Positions 1-12,500 of a DNA stretch of 64,000 nt are shown here, piece after piece. The stretch is taken from assembly GCA_047495785.1 (NCBI GenBank), contig JBLDXI010000001.1, positions 124,001 to 188,000 of the forward strand, in the 5' to 3' direction. This stretch comes from Lepidodermella squamata. Lineage: Eukaryota > Animalia > Gastrotricha. Below the pieces are notes generated by a model. The model made no database searches. It saw only the letters and a list, made by a program, of their open reading frames with translations, and had not been told where the DNA came from. Position 1 is the stretch's first letter, and the number at the start of each line of letters is the position of its first letter. Position numbers and translations under genes: made by a program.

Positions 1-28
1 GGCGTGTTCATCGCTCTCCAAAGCTTTT

Positions 29-68
29 TTGTTTGACGCTGACATGAGTTGTTTGACGCTGACATGAG
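29..68. repeat. Perfect 20-bp tandem duplication (TTGTTTGACGCTGACATGAG x2)
   Basis: Units at 29-48 and 49-68 are identical. Confidence 0.9.
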
Positions 69-3000
69 CGCACTGAAAGGGAAAAGGAGACCGCTGACCG
101 TTTGCACAACCAAGGGCTTGGGACTGCCCGCTGATGGCGTTATTCAGCAAAAGTAAGGCCCCTTACAACTGTCGCTCCACTGATATAGTTGCCCTTTATG
201 ATGATACAATTATTTAGATAATTTACATGCTTATAGATTATGCATGAAAATAAATAGCTGTTGACGATTTTAGTAAAGAGATTTTTTATGCTTGAAAAAT
301 ATGAGCGGCAAAATTTGAAAATTGATGATGAGAATCGCCATCATCAAAAGCGGTGCCCGGGCCTCCTTTCTAGTTTCGCTGACGAGATTCTGATCTCTCA
401 TATTTCAGGCGATATTGTGTTCTTCTTTATCAACAACATCAGTTCAAGATCAAGGGTTTTTACTAAAAATTGTTGACAGAATAACTGGAGTTGCTCGAGG
501 CACCTGATGCGCAAGCGTCAAGCGTTGCAAGATATGGCACTCATCATTATCATCAACGTTGTAGCACACACGACGGCTGCGGCGAGAACTAGCGAATGAT
601 AGCGGATGGCAGCTAAAAATTGTTTGGGAGGGAAGTCATTTTATGAGACACGACTGCTAAATCCGAGGTCTAAGACGACCTGACCGAAAATGAAAGAATA
701 AACTGTTGAACTAAATAAAGAATGAATATGGACTTCGCATGGCGGCAGACGAATATTGGCGGACGACAGACGACAATCAAATTTCCATTTCCTCAGTTTC
801 CACCGAGAATTAAACCACACCAGTTGACATTTACTGAGGAAACATTTAATTGAATTCAAACGAAAACATGAATTCTTCTGTGATTAGAGAAGGTATTCGA
901 CCACGGCTATAATTTGTGATCATGTGATATAAACAATGCGCGAGTGTTTTGCCGCCTTCGACGAAGAATCACAAATTCACGCAGTCAGATGCTCGCAGTC
1001 GGTAGCGAGTTAGCGCTGATGTTGTTATCTCCAGTTTCGGCCTTAGATGTAAACACAAATTACCTAGCAACAATACGGTTAGGCGATCAGTGATCCTTTG
1101 TTCGAACCTTTTAATTTCATCTGATGGTGGAAATTTCTGATTTTAAATGCTTAACCGCTCGTCATTTATCAGTTCAGTCAAATTTTTCTTTGCTTGATAA
1201 CAAAGTTCCCATGCAAAGAATAAAGAGCTCCGGGGTGATCGAACTAGCTGCCCTTGTGTAAGTGAAACTAGATGAACGATACTGCAATAATAAGTCGTTA
1301 CATCTATCTTGTTTATATCGTGCTTTATGCCAATGCCGAACAAGTACTATTCATTACACATAATTTCTGGTCGACATCCGGGTGGAAGTTTTGGACAGAG
1401 CTGATCTCTCAAATAATGTGTTACAGACAACTTTTTCACCTCAACTCGCCAAATTATTCGAACACGGTTAATAACACTGCCACGTAAGAAAAGCGTTAAA
1501 TTTGTCGGAACGAAGCACCAACACCAGATATTGACGAAGTAATTTGCTTAATCGTACTAATACCAAGCGCGCTTTTGGCGTGCATCACGGCCGGGTGCAC
1601 TGCAACATATAAGCGCAGTATAATGAGGGCTGGTGCGTTCGCGCGAAGACACACGGCGAATACTAGCAAAGCGAGCACCCGTCAAAAAGGCGTCCTTTCT
1701 TTGCAAGCTTACATCTTCCACCCGCGGTTAATAAAGTTGCCGCCGCGCAGCTAAATCGGCGTCTTTTGGATGCCGAGTCGTTGTTTTGTTAACTTGTTGT
1801 ATTGTGTTTTGCGTATCAATTAGCGTTTTGTTTTATGTAAAAGCGCACAACAATAGGCACACCTGATGATGAACAACCTATACACACACCTCCTCAGAAT
1901 GAAACTTTTCTAGACCGCCTGAGCCTCTTGAAAGAAAAATTCTTAATTTTCACTTAAGAATGAAGAACAATTAATTTGCAAGCAATCAAACAAAAAGATG
2001 ATTCTCAGCCAATTTTTTATCGTAAATAAAACTCTTCTTGCACGTTTCTTTTCAAATGGCGCGATTTGTTTTCAGGTGTTTCTATGTTCAATAAGCCATC
2101 TTGAATTTTTCATTCATATTGACGAGAGAGCAACTACCACTTCAGCGGCGCAAGAGACTAGAAATAATCTGCCTGTGCCCGGATCAGATTCAGCACGATA
2201 GCTCATACTTTTAAGCAGTTTCAAAATGAGGCAAAAGTCAGGCTGAAGGGCGAACACCTATTCCATTGTTGTCATAACTGCGCTGCGAAAACTGTTGCGA
2301 AAGTTTATTTTAACACGAGCCAAAACTCACATTCTCTCTCATAGTCTGCGAGTGTTCAAGCGTTCATGCACAATTGCATGAGCCCACATTTCTAGTCAAC
2401 GGTAAATAGTTGGGAAACGCACGGAAAAAAACTACTGGTTTGCCGCTTGCGGGTAGTTTGCATCCTATAGAAAAGTACATCATATCGCAAACTTAAGAGT
2501 GACGTCAGTGCTTAGTTTGATAGTTTCTATGATGATAACTTTATATTCGACTCTTCTTTAAAAAACTCGTACGCTTTGATCTTCAAGTTACGAGGCTTTT
2601 TGCCGTTTGCCGGTTCTAAAACTCTCGCACTGGTGCTCGTCGCATTGCATCGAAATAGTGTCAAGTTGAATATTGTGATGATAAAGATATTATACATGCA
2701 TAACACACCTTGTTGATAATAATTCGTTTTTGTCATTTGAGTCACTTCGCCTAAAAACAAGCGAGCAAATTTATTCTGAACAAGACTATCTTACTTGTTT
2801 GCTTTTTAGTTATTTAATATTATTTTTTTGTTTACAGCTGCAGCGTCATTGGGAGTATCAACTTGCAAAAATAGATCATTGCACTTGAATTGTAGCACTA
2901 TGCCGGTAATTATGCACCTGCGACTATTTTAAGCACATCGCAAGATGCGCGACGTGAGCATTTGTAAAATACAGCCGCGCTTATTGCCAATAAACGCAAT

Positions 3001-6000
3001 TATTGTAGCCTTCAAATAATTTGGAAGCGTGGTGCTGCGCCGGGAAAATATTCGATAGTTTTCCAGCAGATGCGATGTTTGTTGCAGTCGCAAAAAGAAG
3101 GCAGAAATTTGTTTATAAATATTGGCTAATCGCGCCGTCGAATTGTTATTTTTGTTTTTGTTTTCGGTGTTGTATTGTTTCTTTAGCATTTTCTCTCCAC
3201 TTAATATTAAGATTGCTATAGCCTCACCTGCGCGCGCAGTCAAGCCGATGAAATAATATTATTTCACGTAGAAATTGCCGCGTGGCCGTCTTTATTAAAA
3301 AAACATACTGTTTACCCGCGTTTAAAAATCAGTACGGCCCGGCCCAGTCGATACAACTGTCCTCGTGTGTCGAGCGATCGCGCCATCGATTTGCATTTGC
3401 GGTCACTTTGTGGTTTTGCGCGTGTTTTGTTATTCCACTCGTTCACGGCGCATTATTTACTGCGATATTTTTACGCTCACCTGACTTGGCCCGGCGGCTC
3501 GATATAATTTGTCTCGACTAATGATGATACTGCTGAAATATCCTCTCGATTCGCCTCGAGTCTCGCCGACTATTTAAACGATCAACAAACAAGGAAGAAG
3601 GCGCAGAGTAATTTATGCTGCGCCCAGGAAGGAATTTATTTGGCCTTTATATTTACGCTACTTTTTTCCCGCTGCTAATCGCATCCGCAACGGTCAGCGT
3701 CTGGCGCCCAGTTCACAGTTCGTTTTTGACCGCGCACTCGACAGACTGTGACCGGAAAGTAATAACATATTATGTGTTCAGAGTTGCTGCTGATGGCGAT
3801 CGGCCTACGGCCGCGCGTTTTTTCGCGGCGATTTGTTTACTCTTTGCTCTAAGGTAATTACATAAATTAGCCATCATCATAGCGGTGTCCGCAAAGTCGT
3901 AGTCGCACTGAGCTTTATTTCTGCGCGCATGATATTGCCTCCACCTTGATTTTTTCCGAAAAGTGTTTTCGAAAAGTCGACCGGAAAAAAATAACTCATA
4001 TCATAGCCGACTTAATTGCTCGAAACTTAACTCGTTTTTAATTGTCACGAGAATACAAATAAACACTTTCTGCCTTTGGTTAATAGTGACAAAAGTGGTC
4101 TAAATGTATCCCGTAGTGAAATTCATCCACCGCCAGCCAGCCGCGCGCACCTAAATAATATTATAGCTTCGGAGGGCGCACGTCGCGCGCGAACAAACAT
4201 TTTATTACACAGAACCCGTATTTATTTGCCCTTTTTTGTGCGCCGCAATTTGCCATGTCACTTTCTGCCCTCCGCGTGCGTCTTTAAAAAATCTCAAAAA
4301 ATTACACTGGCGTTTGACTTTCTGCTTGTCTTACGATGTCTTGCTGACTCCTCAGTGCACATTTGGTTTTTAGTCAATCAGTTCTTCAATTATATCGGTG
4401 ACTTGTTTTCGTGTTTTTTTTCCTTGTCGCTTTGCCGCATTTCATGAGTATTTAGAGCATACGTGCGACTTTATTTACGACACGGGCTATTATAGTTGGC
4501 GTCTTGAAGCATCTCCACTTATGAGCATATATCCCTGGTGAATATTAATAGCGCGGCTTGGACTGTCGAATGCAGCGCGTATAGGCGCTGTTTTTCGATC
4601 TAAATGCTTCCGATTGCCACTTGTTAAATTCGATAATACAGGTGGCTTTGAAGGGCGCAGGCGTACGAGTGGCCACTCGGGATCGCAAGCGATATTTTAA
4701 CATACGTCATCACCGCGCGCTGCTCTGTTGTAAATAATCGGCTGAGAAAAGGAGTAAATAAATTGTGTTGAGCTGCGCCTGCCAAAAAAGTGTTGTTTAT
4801 TTGTCGGTGCCGCCGTGCACCGGGCGACGTGTGCCGACGTTTGCCCGCGTGCCTAATTAAGGTAACGAGCGAGCGCGTCTAAGAAAGTGACCGGTGTCGG
4901 CTGGCAGGTAGGCGCAAAATACGCGCGTAAACAACGGTAAAGTTCCCATCCGCGCTTTAATTTTAATTTTATTATTCTATTATCGATAATAGCCGGTCGG
5001 CTCGCATGCCAGCCTGCCGGCTCATCGAGATTCGCATGTCATTATCCTTGCGACAGTGCGTTTGGGCGAGACGTCACCGCGCCGAGTCGATATCGATAGG
5101 CCGCGGCTACCGCTTACTTATTCATGACCGGCTTCGATCTTTGTTTATCTGCGGCGGCGTAAACATATAGGGTTTGCCCGCGCATTACCATCGCCTTTTG
5201 CCATTGAATTGTCTCACCTTGGCGCCGAAACGGTACGCAGAGATAGAATTAGAGTGATCGCAAGTGCACACCGATGTTGTTATTATAACTATTATTGTAA
5301 ACTTCACAGGCGACAATGGCCTCCGCGCAGCCTTCCTATCTTATTCTGCGCCAAAAGAGGCCTCTTCACGCGAACATCGCCCTGTTTTGATCGCCGGTGG
5401 CCGCCCCGTCGCTATTCGGAAATCGTAATGACCCCGCGCCGAACAATCGAAACGTCTCACGCCCGTGAATCGTTTTTGACGGTGGACTACGCGCTCTCCA
5501 TTGTTGCCGGACAAATCGCTGATTAGGAAAAAGCCGAGCGCAGCTAGCACCTTCTTGCGCTCGCCGGTAACTCAATTCTGTTGCCGTCGACGACACTCCT
5601 TCGTCTCTGCCTAGTCGTATTACCCACGTGGAGCAGTTAGCGCGCGCTCGCTCGCACAACAGCGCGCAACAAAACACAAAATAACACAACAGGCGCGGCT
5701 TGTTTTTCTTCCTGGCCCGGCCCTGCTTTTCAACAGCCACTCGCGCGAGTGTTTAAGCACCTTGTTTTGTTGTTGTTGCGATTCGCCGTCGCCGTCGATG
5801 ATTTCAGCGCGAAAAGATGTTGTTAAAATAACGAAGTCCTCGGACAATATTTTTACGTATTTTTTCTCAATTTCACCTGTGCGCATAAAATCGGGACTCT
5901 TGCTGAATAACTCCGGCGGTATATTTTAAGAGCAGCCTATCAAAATGGAGACGGAAAAAGCGACTCGATTACAAGCTCTTGTTTTTTCTGCGCCTGGCAC

Positions 6001-6533
6001 CCGCACGGCAACAACAAGTCGCGCGCCCGAAAAAATACGCTTTGTTCGTACAGCACGGGCCTGGCGGGTCCTAATATTTAACAAAAATAAAGGATCACTA
6101 GCACAATTGTTGTTACAAACTGAGCTTTGTATTCGCGCTAAACAGCCGCGCTGTGAAACGCAACGTGCAATTTTGTCGCCACACGGTGCGTGAAGGCGCG
6201 TTTTTTTTTCTAGGCGTCGCGTTTTAGTGCGCTCGGGTAGCCGGTGTATCTCGCCGGCAAACAACCGCTGTTGCACTTTTTCCGCAACTTCCTTACTATT
6301 AACTACTACCGCTCGTAAACAAATGACAGGTCTAAGTGAACATGAGCTTATCAAAATGTCAATCGCATCGTTAGCTACTTGTAATATGCTTCCTTTTTCA
6401 ACATCTATTTTTTTAGAATGTTTAAGACATTATTAAAAGGATGATAATAACTGGTGGTTAAGTTCTGCTGCCGTAGCGCAAAAATCGCTGATACTTCACT
6501 CTGATCTCCTGAATTATCTTGTGTCTCCCGATT

Positions 6534-9500
6534 ATGCTTCCGCCGCTCGACCGGTTTTACAGTGGTCGGCAGCCTAAGGTGCCAACTACAACAGCAATAA
6601 TACACAGGATAGCCTGGTTTATATTGGCTTTGGTCGCAATCAGCTACTCTTCGATGGCGCAAACATCGCCGCCAGCCATCAACTCTGCGTATTTAACAGC
6701 ACGGGAAATAGCTGATTTGCGGCTGGCCTTTCCACTTTGTTTGGCCGATATGCCCAATGAAACCGTGCAACAGCCGATCATTCGAATCTCTGTCAATGTG
6801 ACACAACTCTCAAAGCCGGGAGAACGGCTGCAAGGTAAGAAATTGAAATTGAGGAGGCTAAATCGAGGCACTTAGCATTCGAAAATCAAGTGCGGAAGAC
6901 TTATAGATTACAGAGTCATTGCCTTCAAATCAAATAGGGACGTCGAGGGGTTTTTACTGAGAGGCTTTTTACCTATTATCATAACCAATTCTTAGATATT
7001 CGGAAATATTTAAATTACCTATACGGATTACTTTCCTTTCTAGTTGCTGTCGACAGCGCGCGTCTCGGTGTGCTTTTCAATTCAATATTCATCACTGCAC
7101 AATACATCGATCCCGTCTCGAATCGGCGAGTGTTCGGAAAAATTGGTAAGTTTCGTTCTATTTTAGACTGGTATCAATTTATCCATTCATACGGTATTGA
7201 AAATGATTTAACACAAGTAAACTCACCTCGGTTTCTGGCTGCTTCGTTTGCCGCAGAGTTTTTGTTCCTGAGCACTGATGCGAAATCCTAACCTAACGCC
7301 ATTCTAATCTGGGCTTTCATGTTGTCGGATGCCTGATCGTGTCATGTAGGACATGCTATAAATGTGTTTTAAGTATTCGTATTGAAGCGATATAACTATA
7401 ATATATTCTGATATCAAAATCGGTGTTGTACTGCGTTTTTCAATTTCAGTTTTCTCTTGCGTGACCTTTTAACTTTTGTCTCTTTATCCAAATATTTTGA
7501 CATACAGATTGTGGCAGAGGTTGGTAAAGGATTGACTGCTTAAAAATTATTTCGTTTTCCTTTCCTCATACATACGTGTATCCAAAAAATCACCTGTTTA
7601 AATTAACGTCGCTGCAATACACGTTGAAACTGCACGATTGTGGGAAATGAACATCTTGAAAAATGTTTAGACACCCAACCCACTTATATAATATTATTAC
7701 ACGATTTGTGCAGTTTTATACTTTGAAATCAGCATTCATATTTCATTTTCCGCATCGAATTCTCTGGCGTTTTATGTTACTCGTAGTGGCCTGTTTCATC
7801 TCATCATCGGAACTTGATGAAAATGTGTTGCACGCTTTGAGCTTTCCTGTTTAATGCATTATAACAATGCCTGCTTTGCACGTGAAAAATTGCTCCGCTA
7901 ATGCACCAAGCCGAAGTTGTGATGCTGCTTAATTTTTTCATTGCTGCTCCTATGATTTAGCACTCGAATTTTTGTCAAGAATTCGAAAATATTTCAAAGG
8001 GAATGCCTTTCCGCAGCGTAACTCACTTGATTAGTTGATTTTCCCATTTCCCGAGTTGGTTGACAAGTTTAATGTGCCCGTTTGCATTTAAGGCCGCTGG
8101 ACGTCAGAGAACAGACGCCCGTTCACACCGGCCGTGACAACATGCGAGGCAGCCGAGACCCTGCCGCCGGCTTCGGGCGCCGTGCTGCAGTCCGGGCGCA
8201 ATTCGCTGACCTCGGTGCGCTTTCTGTGGGACGCTCCCAACGCCGCTGCCGTTACCTCGACCGGTTCGGCGGAAGTAACCGACGCGAGCACGGAGGTTGA
8301 GACAACTGCAACGCCAATCGACAAATCAGTCTTTCAATACATCAGCTTTTTGTAAGACTGGTAGCTATATCACAAATCACCTATTTTAACTTTGACTTAA
8401 CAACAGGGTTGTCGTTTGGCAGAGCGATGCTCGCGTAAAATGGGTGCTGGCGTGGCGGACGCCTGCCATTCAGCTGTTGTACATGCCGCAGGGCCTCCCG
8501 ACGCCGGCGATAGATCAGCAAGAAGTCGACCCGACTAACGCCACCCTGGGCCCGTCAGTTTCACCCCCGGCCGAAACTCTGAATCTATTCTCAAAACTGC
8601 TCGGAATCGAGAACTGTCTCGTTCAAAGTCAACCAGCCCCCGGCGCTAGTTTAGGCACCACGGTTCGGCCGACCCGTTTGTCAGCGGTCATCGACGCTAG
8701 CGATGCGAATGGCGTATCGCCGTTTACCATGACCGTGACCAAATCGGCCGTTTCGATGCCAGGCGAACGCGTTACCGTTACGATCACGGGCCCGGCTAAC
8801 ATGAGTATGGACAACGTTGTGCTGGCGACAGCTGTCATCGTAGCCCGGCGCAACGTGCCGCCGTATTTGAAGGGCGTCGAGGGTAGCTGGGTGCCGAGCG
8901 ATGCCAGTGAGACGGTCCTGTGCAATGGCTACGTCGCAGTCCGGACGAAGCGCACGTCGACGCGAACCAGTCCGCCGTCGTTCAGCGCTACCTGGCTCGC
9001 GCCGGCAATCGTGCGGGAGAAGATTTTCATCGTCAGTGCGGTTGTGGCATCAGGCTCAGCGGTTTATAAGCTGTCGCCGGCGGCCGTCATTGGACCAAGC
9101 GCCGCCGTGTCGACACAATCGCTCATCGGCGACAGCTTGAACAGCTTCTTGGGCAGCCTGCGATCGATTTGCTCGCCCGACTCGACGCCACTTTCGCCAA
9201 CTTCATCACCCGCTGACTGGCCGCCGCCGACTGGCACGACCAACCTGCCGTTCACAATCGAAGCCGTTCCGTCATTCGTTCGGAATGACATTGTATCTGG
9301 CAGCAAGATGGCCTCTGTTTTCAACAGTAAGTATTTTAATAACTATTGTAGGTAGAGTGTCATTTGCGTAGTCAAGTCGGCTATAAAACGTAATTTCCGA
9401 ATTTCCTAGAAAAATCGGAAACCTTCTATATTTGGGGTGAAATAGCGATTTTAATCGCTCATTTCGCTGTACACGGGAAAAAACCCATGAATTCATCGAC

Positions 9501-12500
9501 CTGCCACATGAATTAAGTGTCGTCCCATGAATTCAATTACTTTTTTATCAATATTTTCATGCACATGAATTGTTTATTGAAACATTTAAAATAACTTAAT
9601 CCATGCTGGTGAATTCAGAGCTCCAACAATTAATTAGTTTTTATATCGTTAATTAGGCAAAAAAAGTTGTGCATATGCAAATGAGCTGTGAGGATGATGA
9701 GGATGAAACCTAGGACTCCAGGTATTCATTACTCATTGGCCGAGACAGGCACTTGGATCCTGGATGCCAATGGAATGCCTTGGATGTCCCGAGGGTTCCT
9801 TTTTAGGCATTGGCAAATCATGATCGGCATTGCCGGTTATAAGTAATGTTGTAATGTAAGTAATGTATAACAATATTTAATTTTAAGAAAATAAAAAATC
9901 ATAATATATATTAATAAAATAAATCGCAATTGAATTCATGGGCATCGATTTTAAAAGATAAAAAACCCATTAATTAATTGTTTTTCGAAACATCCATGAA
10001 TTAGGGTACCCCCAGGCCATGAATTCATGGAAGTTAGAAACTAATAATAAGCCAAAATTGCCACATGAATTCATGGGTTTTTTTTTCCCGTGTAGCTTTA
10101 ACCACTTTTCCGTGGAATTCCGCTGCCGTCTTTGAAGATGGTTCCATCATCCTTCACAGTTTTCGAATTCTTTTTATCAGATTGCCAAGAGCTTTGCTTT
10201 CCATTTCACTTATTTTACGGACCTTATAAGGCCTGACCAAACTATCAAAATTTGAGAAAAATATATTAGTGTATTTCATATGAATTTTCTTAAATAAATT
10301 TGCTCTTTTTCGTACTGATAATAACCTTTGTCTTGACGTATTTTTTCAGTTTCGGTGGTTGGCAATGGGCGAGGCGATAATTTTCGGTTTTTGTTCATTC
10401 AATGCCGCCCGCCGGATTCACCTGTGACGGTGACCACCGCGCAGCCTAATCGTCAGCGCACGGTAACAGGCCGGCGCGCCAACAACAACATCGCATTCCA
10501 GCGCGCCACACCGCCAAGCTTCTATCGACGCCGGCAGGTGCGGTCTCAGAGCATCGGCTACTGGCGCTCAGCCGACCAGCCATCGATGCGCCTGCGTTCT
10601 GGGCCTTGCATCGACTCGGCACTGCTGACCGACGAGGGCGGCTCGGGCATGCATTCAGCCGCGTTTCAACTCCATCTACTGCCGACGACTCAAGGCGATC
10701 TCGTTTGCAGGTGAGCTATACTTTTCATACTTTGTCTACATAAGTTTTCCGCCGCTAACTTGAGTTGACGTGAATATCACGCTTCTCGCAATGCGTAATT
10801 GGCTTGGAATTAATATCGAGTTGATTAGCCGGAAGCTGTATCGAAGAGCTCGATTTCTTGAAGGCCAAGCCTCTTCAGCGCAGAAGAAAACATGATGTTT
10901 ACTTTTTAGCTTTGTTTTCTTTGTTTGTGTATTTTGAATGTGCCGTAAGTACCTATATTTTCCGACAAAGCGCAATGCAATTAGACGCTAAGCAGGCCGA
11001 TGTGAGGATCAATGCTTTTTACACTCGACAAAGTTTTTTGCTCTCGAAACGCCCATCTAACTTAGCGTTGGCCATTTGGCCGGTCGCGGCGTTCAATGAC
11101 CGGCCTTCTCACGCCCTTTCAGCGATGCGCTTTTGTACGACGCGTGCTACACTTAATTGAAGATACATGGCCGGTATCTAGCCACAAGTAATCGTCGCGT
11201 TAGCCCGCGCCGAAGCGAATGCCCGATTACTACTACTACTAAGTTTATATCATCAGCTTCGCGAAAATGTTGACGTTAAGCTCAGCCATTCCAATTAAAT
11301 GCGGCTCGCCAACTGTTAGGCCGCAACATCCCGATTCGCAAACACCGCGGTTTCGCACGACGATTTGTTTTTGCAACCGAAGCAACAACGATAATTCGAC
11401 GCGCCACCGTGCGAGATGAGGCGCTTCAGCCAAAAACTCGCGTATATTGAATTCACACACTACCTGCACGCTATTAGGCTTTTCGCAAGCAGCAGCGAAT
11501 AATCTATCAATCGAATTACGTATAGGCAATTTTTTAGATTTTGAACAAGAACGCACGCCGCTTAGCACGGCGTTATTAAGGCATGATTGCCGCCGCGACG
11601 CGTTGTCTCGATTATCGAAGCCTCGCTCATGCACGAACAACGTTATTTACACCTGCGCGCTCTGTTTTTCGCTAGCTAATTGCCACCCCGCATGCTGCAA
11701 CATGTGACTAAATAGCTATTAACTTTTTGAAAATGTCATTTTTCTGTTTACTTTTCTTCTGCTGAAAAAAGTCTTTTACTATGATTACATGTTATTGTTA
11801 TTTCCCGTCAGATTTTTTCCTCCGTGTTTGTTTTTCGCCATGCCCACTATTAAGATTAAGTAGATAAAAAGTCGCATTGTTACATTGTATAAATAACAAT
11901 TTTGTTTATATTTGCGTCAGTCTGAGGTCTCGTGGGCTCACCTTAATAGATTTTTCTGAGCTCTATAACAAACGCGCGCCTGTATACGAGAACAGGAAAA
12001 GCAACGTGTGAAGCAGTATTTTGACACTCGATTCATAATGTCACGCGCCCGCATGCCACAACCCAACTCCCTAGCGATTAGCTATTTTGGCGTTTCAATG
12101 GGCGATGCAATTATATTTACCTTTCCGAGTGTAAATATACCCCATTTAAACGTAAACAGCAAGATTTTTGTTGCAATATTTTGTGCAGAAAATTAGCTCT
12201 TTATTTATCGCGCTGGTGACGAAGTATTTTCGAGAGATAAGCACCTATAAGTTTTTCAAAAGACACCACAATGTTTTCGCACTTTTTTCAACCCGCGGGC
12301 GTAGGCGGGGGTTCGCTGGACCGGCGCCCAACGCGCTGTCCTTATTCACCGGAATCGAATTGCCAGCGATGGTGCGAGCTTAGACTTTTGTTGTGTTTAA
12401 GTTAGCGCCTTCGCCAAATCGACGGCAAACACACGGGTATCCGACAATAAATAACGAAGACGCACGCTCGAGCGACTCATGAATTATGCACCGGGCGGGC

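Noticed and set aside
261-6500. Many 60-140 aa ORFs upstream of ZP-A
   Set aside because: No recognisable domains, many non-ATG starts and no consistent exon chain; treated as chance ORFs.
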